Below are positions 21,158-29,994 of a stretch of DNA of 64,000 nt, one piece after another (positions within the stretch are counted from its first letter, which is position 1; the number at the start of each line of letters is the position of its first letter). Origin of the DNA: Pseudomonadota bacterium (GTDB taxonomy: Bacteria > Pseudomonadota > Gammaproteobacteria > Burkholderiales > Methylophilaceae); the NCBI GenBank assembly GCA_029781535.1, contig JAKOWL010000214.1, positions 5,550 to 69,549 on the forward strand, written 5' to 3'. The translations under genes were made by a program, and so were the position numbers. The notes below the pieces were generated by a model. The model had not been told where the DNA came from. It ran no database searches and was given only the letters and a program-made list of their open reading frames with translations.

Positions 21158-21952
21158 TTAAGCTAAAACAAACTTTAAGCCGATGATTAACAGTAATGTG
21201 GCCAGCATTGGGCGCAATGCTTTCTCAGGGATCCTGGCGCTAACGTGGCTACCTACCCAGATACCGGGCAAGGAGCCAATCAAAAGCGTGCCAAGCAGCA
21301 TGAAATTCACGTGGCCGAGTGTCCAGTGACCAAAGCCGGCAATCGCCGTTAATGGAATGGCATGCGCCAGATCCGTGCCCACTACTTTTAATGTACTCAT
21401 TTTAGGGTACAGGAACAGGATGGCGACCGTGCCGAGCGCACCGGCACCTACGGATGAAATGGTTACCAGCACGCCCAATGTTATTCCAACCAGGATAGTC
21501 GCTGGAATTTGCAGTTGTTTGAACCGTCCGCTGCTGATCAGGCTATCTTCTACCTGGCGAATCTTTTTACGGGTGACATAACAGCGAATGAGCACAGCGA
21601 TGGCAGTGAGGATCAGCGCAACACCCAAGGTGAAGGTGATGATGCCAGTGATATCCTTCTCGATGGTGATAAGATGCTTGATCAGGAAGATCGTAGCGAT
21701 GGATGATGGCAGACTTCCCAGTGCAAGCCATCTCACGACGCGCCAGTCCACCGACTTGTGCGTGTTGTGGTGTACCAGTACACCGCCGGATTTGGTGATG
21801 GCGGCATAGAGCAGATCCGTGCCGACGGCTACGGCTGGCTTGAATCCAAACAGGAATACCAGCAGCGGTGTCATCAGAGAGCCGCCGCCAACGCCTGTAA
21901 CGCCTACCAGCAAGCCCACAGCAAAGCCGGAAATGATGTAACCAATGTCCAT
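21158..21952 (-). CDS. TauE/SafE-family sulfite/anion exporter-like membrane protein
   Basis: Multi-TM with the repeated GVGGGSL / SVGAGALG motifs of TauE. The ORF track start 21985 is a TTG, so ATG 21952 is preferred. Confidence 0.82.
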   Translation of the reverse strand: MDIGYIISGFAVGLLVGVTGVGGGSLMTPLLVFLFGFKPAVAVGTDLLYAAITKSGGVLVHHNTHKSVDWRVVRWLALGSLPSSIATIFLIKHLITIEKDITGIITFTLGVALILTAIAVLIRCYVTRKKIRQVEDSLISSGRFKQLQIPATILVGITLGVLVTISSVGAGALGTVAILFLYPKMSTLKVVGTDLAHAIPLTAIAGFGHWTLGHVNFMLLGTLLIGSLPGIWVGSHVSARIPEKALRPMLATLLLIIGLKFVLA

Positions 21953-22013
21953 TGATGCCCAGATATGATTGAAAACAGGTCGCAAATATAGCAGAAATTC
22001 ATATAATTACTTA

Positions 22014-22036
22014 ATACCGATTGCTTATTTTGGTAT
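22014..22036. promoter_or_regulatory. Dyad ATACC-N13-GGTAT in the divergent tauE-cysI / cysB-like promoter region; candidate LysR-type operator
   Basis: Inverted pentamers seen in an 84-bp AT-rich intergenic region, 34 nt upstream of the regulator ATG. Confidence 0.3.
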
Positions 22037-22069
22037 ATGATTTGGTTATAAAAACAAGGGAACTGTAAC

Positions 22070-23005
22070 ATGAAGCTGCACCAATTAAGATACGTGCACG
22101 AAGTGGCGCGACAGGGTTTGAACATCTCGGCTGCCGCTGAGGCGTTGCATACTTCCCAGCCTGGCGTCAGCAAACAGATCCAGCTGCTTGAAGAAGAGCT
22201 CAATCTGCAGATTTTCCAGCGGAATGGCAAGCGTCTGACCGGTGTCACCGAGCCTGGCAAGCATATTCTTAAGCTGGCTGCTACCGTCATGCTGGAGATG
22301 CAGAACATCAAGCGAGTCGGTGACGAGTTCAGTAAAGTGGAAAGCGGTATATTAACGATCGCCACGACCCATACCCAGGCACGTTATACGCTGCCAAACG
22401 CGATCAAGCAGTTCATAGAGACTTATCCGCATGTCAAAATCAATATCCATCAGGGAACACCGGAGCAAGTGACTGCGCAGGTGGTGGAAGGTATTGCGGA
22501 TATCGGGATTGCGACCGAGAAAATCAGCCAGAACGAACACCTGCTGTGCCTGCCTTGTTATGAATGGAATCGTTGTGCGGTGGTTCCCAAGGGGCACAAG
22601 CTGGCCGAAGCTGATCCGCTTACCTTGTCAAAATTGGCCAGCTATCCGTTGATCACCTATGATGCCACTTTCACAGGCAGTAGCGCGGTCAACAAGGTGT
22701 TTCATGACGCCGGTGTGATGCCAAATATTGTGCTGACTGCAATCGACGCGGACGTGATTAAAACTTACGTCAGTCTAGGGCTGGGTGTGGGGTTGATTGC
22801 CAATATGGCTTACGACGAAACGCGGGACGATGGTCTTGTCCGCTTGGATTGCAGCCATCTGTTTCCTGCAAGCACGACTTACATTGGCGTTCGCAAAGAT
22901 GCCTACTTGCGTGGTTACATGTACGGGTTTATTCAAATGCTTGCCCCGAAATATAATCGCAGGACGATTGACGACGCCTTTAGGGCAAGTCGTGGTTTTG
23001 CGTGA
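22070..23005 (+). CDS. cysB: LysR-family regulator of sulfur assimilation (CysB/Cbl-like)
   Basis: 311 aa with N-terminus MKLHQLRYVHEVARQGLNISAAAEALHTSQPGVSKQI. Collinear with E. coli CysB through TDADVIKTYV. Confidence 0.9.
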   Translation: MKLHQLRYVHEVARQGLNISAAAEALHTSQPGVSKQIQLLEEELNLQIFQRNGKRLTGVTEPGKHILKLAATVMLEMQNIKRVGDEFSKVESGILTIATTHTQARYTLPNAIKQFIETYPHVKINIHQGTPEQVTAQVVEGIADIGIATEKISQNEHLLCLPCYEWNRCAVVPKGHKLAEADPLTLSKLASYPLITYDATFTGSSAVNKVFHDAGVMPNIVLTAIDADVIKTYVSLGLGVGLIANMAYDETRDDGLVRLDCSHLFPASTTYIGVRKDAYLRGYMYGFIQMLAPKYNRRTIDDAFRASRGFA

Positions 23006-23077
23006 CTGTAGTCACTGGGAAGCGATATGGCCGGTACCATAATGCAATTCTTCTATCATCGGAGGAATGTGATGTAT

Positions 23078-23596
23078 ATGCGAAAAATGGGCATATGTTT
23101 ATGCTTGGCTATGTTGCTGGGGTGCGCACATGTGCCGCAGTCCAGATTGGTGGCGATGCCGAACGGGCTTCCGCCGCTGGATCCGGACAATGCCATCTAC
23201 GAAGTGCCGGTCCAGGATGGGGTGAGTTACCAGGACGTGATTGATAGTCTCAAAAGTGTTTCCGAGGGGATGAATTTCGTGAACCCAGCCAATTTTCCAA
23301 TCGGCGACCATATGAAGCAGCGCGGCATTGATCCGCAAGGGGTGAAAGAAGTTCGCAGCTACTGCAACCTGAGCATGGGCACGGAGATCATGCTGGATCA
23401 TCCCGAGTTTCTGGTGTTCGCACCTTGCCGCGTGGCAATCTACGAAAAGCAGGGCAAGTTGTTTCTGGCATTGGATAGGCCGACTTTTGATTTGAAAAAC
23501 ATCAAAAACCCGACTGAGCGTGCCAAAAAGTCGGCCCAGCAACTTGAGGACGCACTGATTAATCTGATCGATAAAGCCAGAAAAGGCGATATTTAG
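23078..23596 (+). CDS. DUF302-domain lipoprotein
   Basis: Lipobox LLGC after MRKMGICLCLAM, and a DUF302-like core (FLVFAPCRVAIYEKQGKLFL). The ORF track starts at 23027. Confidence 0.7.
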   Translation: MRKMGICLCLAMLLGCAHVPQSRLVAMPNGLPPLDPDNAIYEVPVQDGVSYQDVIDSLKSVSEGMNFVNPANFPIGDHMKQRGIDPQGVKEVRSYCNLSMGTEIMLDHPEFLVFAPCRVAIYEKQGKLFLALDRPTFDLKNIKNPTERAKKSAQQLEDALINLIDKARKGDI

Positions 23597-23763
23597 CCTT
23601 ACGAAACTTCATTGCTGAATTGGTTGCTCCGGAATCGGCTTGCGGATTGGCCTGCGGGGTGAGTGCTCTGATAATGAACGTATACGTACGCGAGATTGAG
23701 CCACTGTAATTCAGCTTGTGCTTGGTTTATACTGACTAGAAATCAACATCAATATTTCAGACC

Positions 23764-25239
23764 ATGGCAAACCCAGTTCGCATCGCAAAAGCTGAAGATT
23801 TCCTTTATATCCTCCCTAAAATGGCTAACCGCCATGGCCTCATTGCCGGGGCAACAGGTACCGGAAAAACGGTGACCCTGCAAAGCATCGCCGAGCAGTT
23901 CTCGCGCATCGGCGTGCCGGTATTCATGGCAGACGTCAAAGGCGATCTGAGCGGGATGAGTCAGGTCGGCGGAGGTAACCCGAAGGTCGAGGCGCGAGTC
24001 GCACAGCTGGGGCTGCAAGAATACAAGCCGCAGGCGGCTGCCGTGACGTTCTGGGATGTGTTCGGTGTCAAAGGTCACCCGATGCGTACGACGGTGGCGG
24101 AGATGGGGCCGCTGTTGCTGGCGCGTATGCTCAATCTGAACGATGTGCAGGGTGGTGTGCTGAATGCGATTTTCAAAATCGCCGATGACAATGGCATGCT
24201 GCTGCTGGATTTGAAAGACTTGCGCGCCATGTCGCAATTTGCCGCCGAGAATGCCGAAAAGTTCCAAGTGCAATACGGCAACATCTCCTCAGCCAGCGTG
24301 GGTGCGATACAGCGGGCTTTGCTGCAGCTAGAGACCGAAGGTGGCGAGATGCTGTTCGGAGAGCCGGCGTTGAATCTGGATGACCTGATGCAGACGGATG
24401 GCCAGGGTAGGGGCGTTATCAATATCCTTGCCAGCGACAGGCTGTTGAACTCGCCGCGTGTGTACGCCATGCTGCTGCTGTGGCTGCTCTCTGAGTTATT
24501 CGAAAAATTACCGGAAGTCGGCGACCTGGAGAAACCTCGCCTGGCGTTCTTTTTTGACGAAGCGCATCTGCTGTTTACCGATACGCCTCCGGCACTGATG
24601 CAGAAGATCGAGCAGGTGGTACGTATTATCCGTTCCAAAGGCGTGGGGGTTTACTTTGTAACGCAGAATCCGCTTGATGTGCCGGATATCGTGCTGGGAC
24701 AGCTGGGCAATCGCGTACAGCACGCCTTACGTGCATTCACCCCGCGTGACCAGAAGGCAGTCAATTCTGCCGCCGAGACTTTCAGACCAAACCCTAAAGT
24801 GAATGTGGCCACTGCCATCACCGAATTAGGTGTTGGCGAAGCGCTGGTGTCTTTTTTGGACGAGAAAGGTATTCCGACGCCAGTGGAACGTGCTTTGATC
24901 ATTCCGCCGGAAAGCCGTATCGGGCCAGCGACCGATGCTGAACGCGCGGCTGTGATGAATGCATCTTTGGTACGTGGCATTTATGACAAGCCGGTCGACC
25001 GTGAGTCCGCCTACGAGCTGTTGAAACAGCGTGCGGATAAGTCCGCGACTGAGGAGGAGTCTGCCAAAGGTGTCGAGGAAGGCAAGGGTTTTGATTGGGG
25101 AGACTTGCTGGGCGGGCGCAGCAAGCGTTCGGATTCCGTGCTGGAAAGCGCCGCCAAATCGGTTGCCAGATCTGCCGGGTCTCAGCTGGGGCGTGCCATC
25201 GTACGGGGCGTGCTTGGTACACTGTTCGGTAAGAAATAG
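23764..25239 (+). CDS. HerA-like P-loop ATPase, DUF853/YjgR family
   Basis: 491 aa with Walker A GATGTGKT, Walker B FFFDEAH and a basic C-terminal tail. Confidence 0.85.
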   Translation: MANPVRIAKAEDFLYILPKMANRHGLIAGATGTGKTVTLQSIAEQFSRIGVPVFMADVKGDLSGMSQVGGGNPKVEARVAQLGLQEYKPQAAAVTFWDVFGVKGHPMRTTVAEMGPLLLARMLNLNDVQGGVLNAIFKIADDNGMLLLDLKDLRAMSQFAAENAEKFQVQYGNISSASVGAIQRALLQLETEGGEMLFGEPALNLDDLMQTDGQGRGVINILASDRLLNSPRVYAMLLLWLLSELFEKLPEVGDLEKPRLAFFFDEAHLLFTDTPPALMQKIEQVVRIIRSKGVGVYFVTQNPLDVPDIVLGQLGNRVQHALRAFTPRDQKAVNSAAETFRPNPKVNVATAITELGVGEALVSFLDEKGIPTPVERALIIPPESRIGPATDAERAAVMNASLVRGIYDKPVDRESAYELLKQRADKSATEEESAKGVEEGKGFDWGDLLGGRSKRSDSVLESAAKSVARSAGSQLGRAIVRGVLGTLFGKK

Positions 25240-25248
25240 GAGCCATAA

Positions 25249-26904
25249 TTGCTTAGTGATATTGAAATTGCCCAAGCCGCCAAGCTGAAGCCGATTTCAA
25301 GTATCGCAAAACGTCTCGGTGTCGCCGGGAAGGAACTGATTCCTTACGGCAGTCATATCGCCAAACTCGATCCGGCATGCTTGTCTAGGCTTTCATCCAA
25401 GCCGGATGGCAAACTTATCCTGGTGACCGCTATCAGCCCCACGCCTGCTGGCGAGGGTAAAACCACTACAACGGTCGGTCTGGCCGATGCTTTGTGCAGG
25501 GTGGGTAAAAAAGCCATGGTCTGCATTCGTGAACCATCGATGGGGCCGGTGTTCGGCATGAAGGGCGGTGCTACCGGTGGCGGCCATGCTCAAGTGGTGC
25601 CGATGGAGAACATCAACCTGCATTTCACAGGAGATTTTCACGCCATCACAGCGGCGAACAACCTGCTGGCGGCATTGATCGATAACCACATCTATCATGG
25701 GAATGCACTAGGCATAGATCCAAAAACGGTCACCTGGCGTCGTTGCATGGATATGAATGACCGAGCATTGCGACATGTGCGTCTGCTGCAGAAGCACGGT
25801 GAAACTGAAACCGGTTTTGATATCACGGTGGCCAGCGAGGTGATGGCTATCTTTTGCCTGGCGGAGAACCTGGCAGATCTGAAAGCACGCCTTGGCAATA
25901 TTCAGGTGGCGCAGAATATGGCCGGCGAGCCATTATTGGCCAGCGATCTGCAAGCGCACGGTGCAATGACAGCCATATTGAAAGATGCTTTTCAGCCTAA
26001 TCTGGTGCAGACGCTTGCCCACACCCCCGCATTGATACATGGCGGTCCGTTTGCGAATATCGCGCATGGCTGCAACTCAGTGGTTGCCACGAAAACAGCT
26101 TTGAAGCTTGCGGATTATGTGGTGACAGAAGCTGGTTTCGGAGCTGATCTGGGAGCAGAGAAGTTTCTTGATATCAAATGTCGCAGTGCCGGTTTGCGGC
26201 CGGATGCGGTTGTGTTGGTTGCTACGATACGTGCCTTGAAATATCACGGCGGCGGCGAATTGGCCGAGCTTGACCGAGAAAATATCGATATGTTATTAAA
26301 AGGAATCAATAACTTAAAAAGACATATTGATAATTTACATGATGTTTTTGGCATGAAAGTGATAGTGGCTATCAATCACTTTTCTCATGATACGCCAGAT
26401 GAAATCAATGCGCTCATTAATGCAGTGGATGCATCAGGCTGTAAGGCGTTGATGTGCAAACATTGGGCGCAAGGTGCGCGGGGCGCTGAGTCTTTGGCTA
26501 GGCAGGTCATAGAGATGGCCGAGCAGGCAGGCCGGCCACCGCAATATTGCTATGATATGATGGCACCGCTAGAGGCCAAGATCCATGCGGTCGCCAGCCG
26601 CATCTATGCTGCAGGTGCGGTGGAATATGGCAATCTGGCACGTGAAAAACTCGAACGTCTGGCCAAAGACTATCCCAATCTGTCTATCTGCGTGGCCAAG
26701 ACCCAGTATTCCTTCTCCTGCGACCCCAAGCTGCGCAATGCGCCAGCAGGGCATGTGCTTAAGGTCACTGATTTGCGGCTTTCCAGGGGAGCCGGATTCA
26801 TCGTGGTGTTGTGCGGCGATATCATGACCATGCCCGGGCTGCCGAAGATGCCATCCAGCAACAGGATAGACGTCCTGGATGGTCGCATCATAGGCGTGTC
26901 CTGA
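25249..26904 (+). CDS. fhs: Formate-tetrahydrofolate ligase
   Basis: 551 aa with the P-loop [18 protein letters not shown] start with an AGGAG RBS 6 nt upstream. Confidence 0.95.
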   Translation: MLSDIEIAQAAKLKPISSIAKRLGVAGKELIPYGSHIAKLDPACLSRLSSKPDGKLILVTAISPTPAGEGKTTTTVGLADALCRVGKKAMVCIREPSMGPVFGMKGGATGGGHAQVVPMENINLHFTGDFHAITAANNLLAALIDNHIYHGNALGIDPKTVTWRRCMDMNDRALRHVRLLQKHGETETGFDITVASEVMAIFCLAENLADLKARLGNIQVAQNMAGEPLLASDLQAHGAMTAILKDAFQPNLVQTLAHTPALIHGGPFANIAHGCNSVVATKTALKLADYVVTEAGFGADLGAEKFLDIKCRSAGLRPDAVVLVATIRALKYHGGGELAELDRENIDMLLKGINNLKRHIDNLHDVFGMKVIVAINHFSHDTPDEINALINAVDASGCKALMCKHWAQGARGAESLARQVIEMAEQAGRPPQYCYDMMAPLEAKIHAVASRIYAAGAVEYGNLAREKLERLAKDYPNLSICVAKTQYSFSCDPKLRNAPAGHVLKVTDLRLSRGAGFIVVLCGDIMTMPGLPKMPSSNRIDVLDGRIIGVS

Positions 26905-26928
26905 CCGAATTGGTGATATGATGCAGCC

Positions 26929-27489
26929 ATGCTGACCTTATCCAGACCGGGAAACGCTGAACAAACCATCAATAAATCCCGCTTCATCGCCACTGCTAAA
27001 CGCTGCGATACAGAAAGGGAAGTGGCTGCTTTGCTGCGCGGCATGGCCACGGAATATCATAACGCCAGCCATCTGGCATATGCGTACAGGGTAAAAACGC
27101 CAAACGGTATCGTAGCCCGTTTTTCCGACGCAGGAGAGCCATCCGGTACGGCCGGCAAGCCAATCCTGCAGATGCTGGAAGCACGCGACCTGATCAATAT
27201 CGGGGTGGGGGTAATACGCTATTATGGCGGCATCAATCTTGGCACGGGTGGTTTGGCGCGTGCATATGGTGGAACCGCCAAAGAGGCGCTGGAGAACGGG
27301 CAAATCGTTCCTTTCGTGGAGATGCAGGAACTCCAGCTGAATGTGGATTACAAACGGCTGGACGAATTGATACGCGCGGTATCACAGCATGAGGGTACTG
27401 TACTGGATAAAACCTTTGGTGAATCCGTGCAGGTGAAAATCAGCTTGCCTGCGCAGCAGAGCCAGACATTATTGAACCGATTCTCCTAA
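26929..27489 (+). CDS. yigZ: IMPACT-family protein YigZ
   Basis: 186 aa with the UPF0029 signature (KSRFIA..., ASHLAYAYR, DAGEPSGTAG). Confidence 0.85.
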   Translation: MLTLSRPGNAEQTINKSRFIATAKRCDTEREVAALLRGMATEYHNASHLAYAYRVKTPNGIVARFSDAGEPSGTAGKPILQMLEARDLINIGVGVIRYYGGINLGTGGLARAYGGTAKEALENGQIVPFVEMQELQLNVDYKRLDELIRAVSQHEGTVLDKTFGESVQVKISLPAQQSQTLLNRFS

Positions 27490-27505
27490 AATAAAAAGAC
27501 GTTTT

Positions 27506-28519
27506 ATGACTGACCAAACAGAAGCAGATAAACTCAAAATAGCCGCATGGATATTTATGGCATGCGCAATGTTGTTCGTGCTGTCTGTACATCTCCTGCC
27601 TGCGTTGCTGGTCGGGCTATTGGTGTTCGAACTGGTGCATATCATCTCACCTTATATTGCACGCAAGCTACCTGGGAAAGGTGCCAAGCTGGTGGCGGTA
27701 GGCTTGTTGGCGGCAGTCGTCGTCGGGCTGGTGACGCTAGTTGGGATGGGATTGACGGCCTTGCTTGGGTCAGATACTGGCGGATTGAGTACGTTGGTGT
27801 CGCAAATGGCACAAATCATTGAAGATTCACGCCAGATATTGCCCAAATGGATAGATGAACGCCTGCCGGAAAATGCGGTGACTTTACAACAGACAGTGAC
27901 CCTGTGGCTGCGTGAACATTCATCTGACTTGCAATTCTTTGGTAAACAAGCTGGCCGGCATGCAGCACATATTCTTATCGCAATGGTTATCGGCGGTATT
28001 TTGGCGTTGCGGGAGGCGATCGTGATCGATCACTACAAACCGTTTGCACGCGCTTTGGTGCAGCGTATCACCTTGTTTTCCGATGCGTTTCGTAATATCG
28101 TTTTTGCGCAGGTGCGCATCTCTGCCATCAACGCGACATTCACTGGAATCTATCTTGCCTTGGTGTTGCCAATGTTGGGGATACATCTGCCATTCGCCAA
28201 GACATTGATTGCCATCACCTTTATCGTAGGCTTGTTGCCGGTGATCGGTAACCTGATTTCCAACACAGTGATCGTCGTGGTCAGCATGAGCCATTCGCTC
28301 GCAGTCGCTATTGGGTCATTGGCCTTTCTGGTCGTGATTCACAAGCTGGAATATTTCCTTAATGCACGTATCGTCGGCGGGAAAATCCGCGCCAATGCCT
28401 GGGAGTTGCTGGTGGCAATGTTGTGTATGGAAGCAGCGTTTGGCTTGCCTGGCCTGGTGGCTGCTCCCATCTATTATGCTTATATCAAGAGTGAGTTACG
28501 TAAACTGGAATTGATATAG
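27506..28519 (+). CDS. AI-2E family (PerM/YhhT-like) transporter
   Basis: 337 aa with about 8 TM helices and a typical C-terminal segment (VVIHKLEYFLNARIVG). Confidence 0.8.
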   Translation: MTDQTEADKLKIAAWIFMACAMLFVLSVHLLPALLVGLLVFELVHIISPYIARKLPGKGAKLVAVGLLAAVVVGLVTLVGMGLTALLGSDTGGLSTLVSQMAQIIEDSRQILPKWIDERLPENAVTLQQTVTLWLREHSSDLQFFGKQAGRHAAHILIAMVIGGILALREAIVIDHYKPFARALVQRITLFSDAFRNIVFAQVRISAINATFTGIYLALVLPMLGIHLPFAKTLIAITFIVGLLPVIGNLISNTVIVVVSMSHSLAVAIGSLAFLVVIHKLEYFLNARIVGGKIRANAWELLVAMLCMEAAFGLPGLVAAPIYYAYIKSELRKLELI

Positions 28520-28525
28520 CGTTAT

Positions 28526-29497
28526 CTAGTGCAACGTGTAAAGACGGCTTTCCAGCGTTTTTCCCGGTTTCAGGTTGTCCAGCTGGTTTCCGGCCGCGTC
28601 GCCCAATTTAGTCAAACGTTCATCCGGGTGCGGATGGGTCTTGAACAGCAACGCCATGCTATTATCTCCGGGCTTGATCTGCCCCATGGTTTGCAGCACT
28701 TCGGATAAACCATAAACATCATAGCCAGCGCGCGCCGCTAGTATCATACCCATGCGGTCTGCTTCGAATTCGGCATCTTTATCTAGACTGCGTGCGCTGA
28801 TTTCTGCGCCAGTGCCAATCGCTTTTTCGGCAATCTTGTTCTTCTTGCCGAATCTGTCCTTGATCCAGTCTGAGCCCGCGCCAAGTAGTTGCTGCTTTTG
28901 CAGCACTTTCAACTGATGTTTTTTGACCACATGCGCAATTTCATGTCCCAGGACGCCGGCCAGTTGAGCTTCATTTTGCAGGTTTTGGTATAAACCTTTG
29001 GTTACCAATACGTAGCCCCCAGGTGCTGCAAATGCGTTGATGTCAGTGCTATCGATCACCCCAAATTTCCAGGGCAGATCAGCACGTTCGGATTGACTGG
29101 CTACCCAGCGGCCTACCTGATTCACATATTTCTGCAGGGCATCGTCCTTTACTAATGGCGCGGCACCTAACAAGCTACCGGTGATTTCTCGTCCCAAAGC
29201 AATTTCTTCTTCCTTGCTTGGTTTTTTCCAGTTGAAAGCGGGTTTGTCAGCCGTGCTTGCTGTGGCGACCTCCGGGGTGGTGGCTGGAGCCTGGTTTGCA
29301 GATTGAGTCTGCGTTGCTTCGGCCGGCGCTGCAGAAGCTGGGTTGGGTGTGGTTTCAGCGGGTTTTTCAACACCCAGGTCTTTCTCCAGCTGTTTCTTTG
29401 CTGCATCCTTTAATGCATCGCCCAAATTTAATGCATCAACGGAAGCACTAGCAAACAATCCTGCTGAAATCAGCGCTAATAAAACAGGTTTACGCAT
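28526..29497 (-). CDS. Secreted M48-family zinc metallopeptidase
   Basis: 323 aa with a signal peptide, a P/A/T-rich linker, HEIAH zinc motif and a downstream EFEAD glutamate. The start overlaps the SH3b gene stop (TAATG). Confidence 0.88.
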   Translation of the reverse strand: MRKPVLLALISAGLFASASVDALNLGDALKDAAKKQLEKDLGVEKPAETTPNPASAAPAEATQTQSANQAPATTPEVATASTADKPAFNWKKPSKEEEIALGREITGSLLGAAPLVKDDALQKYVNQVGRWVASQSERADLPWKFGVIDSTDINAFAAPGGYVLVTKGLYQNLQNEAQLAGVLGHEIAHVVKKHQLKVLQKQQLLGAGSDWIKDRFGKKNKIAEKAIGTGAEISARSLDKDAEFEADRMGMILAARAGYDVYGLSEVLQTMGQIKPGDNSMALLFKTHPHPDERLTKLGDAAGNQLDNLKPGKTLESRLYTLH

Positions 29498-29985
29498 TAT
29501 TGCGCTCCTTTCAAGTACTTGATATTCATGGCGTTCAGCCCGCCCGCGTTTGCAAAAGTCTGGGCGTCTGCCGCGCTCGTGGCAAAGCTCTCCATCTTTT
29601 TCATTTCAGACTCATTGAATTTGGCTGCTGTTAGCTCTTCCGCACTCAGGCCTCGGATACCTGTAGTGGAAACGACTTTACCAGTCCCCGCGCGACCGGT
29701 GGCTACGTCAATCGCGCCGCCAACCGCATTGCTGCTGGATGCGCTTCCGCGCTTTACTGACAAGAGGCGTACCCAGCCAGAGGTTTTGCTGGTTTTAATC
29801 TGTAACCATGCCCCTTTCTTCGTCACGATATCTACCTTGTCACCTTTGTTGATAGTGCCAGTCGTTTTGGCGTCGGCAAAAGGTTCCGCACGCAGGCTGT
29901 CTGCTTTGAGTGCGGTGCCTGGTTCGGCAAAAACATTGAATGTAGTGATCAAGGCCGCGCAGGCGACCCATGGTTTTATATTCAT
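29497..29985 (-). CDS. Secreted bacterial SH3 (SH3b) domain protein with a Gly/Ser/Ala-rich tail
   Basis: 162 aa with a signal peptide and an SH3_3-like core (GTINKGDKVDIVTKKGAWLQIKTSKTSGWVRLLSV). Confidence 0.8.
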   Translation of the reverse strand: MNIKPWVACAALITTFNVFAEPGTALKADSLRAEPFADAKTTGTINKGDKVDIVTKKGAWLQIKTSKTSGWVRLLSVKRGSASSSNAVGGAIDVATGRAGTGKVVSTTGIRGLSAEELTAAKFNESEMKKMESFATSAADAQTFANAGGLNAMNIKYLKGAQ

Positions 29986-29994
29986 GCAAATTCC

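Noticed and set aside
25240-25248. Looked for a ZTP (pfl-motif) riboswitch, which often precedes fhs or folate genes
   Set aside because: There are only 9 nt between the upstream stop and the fhs start, so there is no space for the riboswitch.
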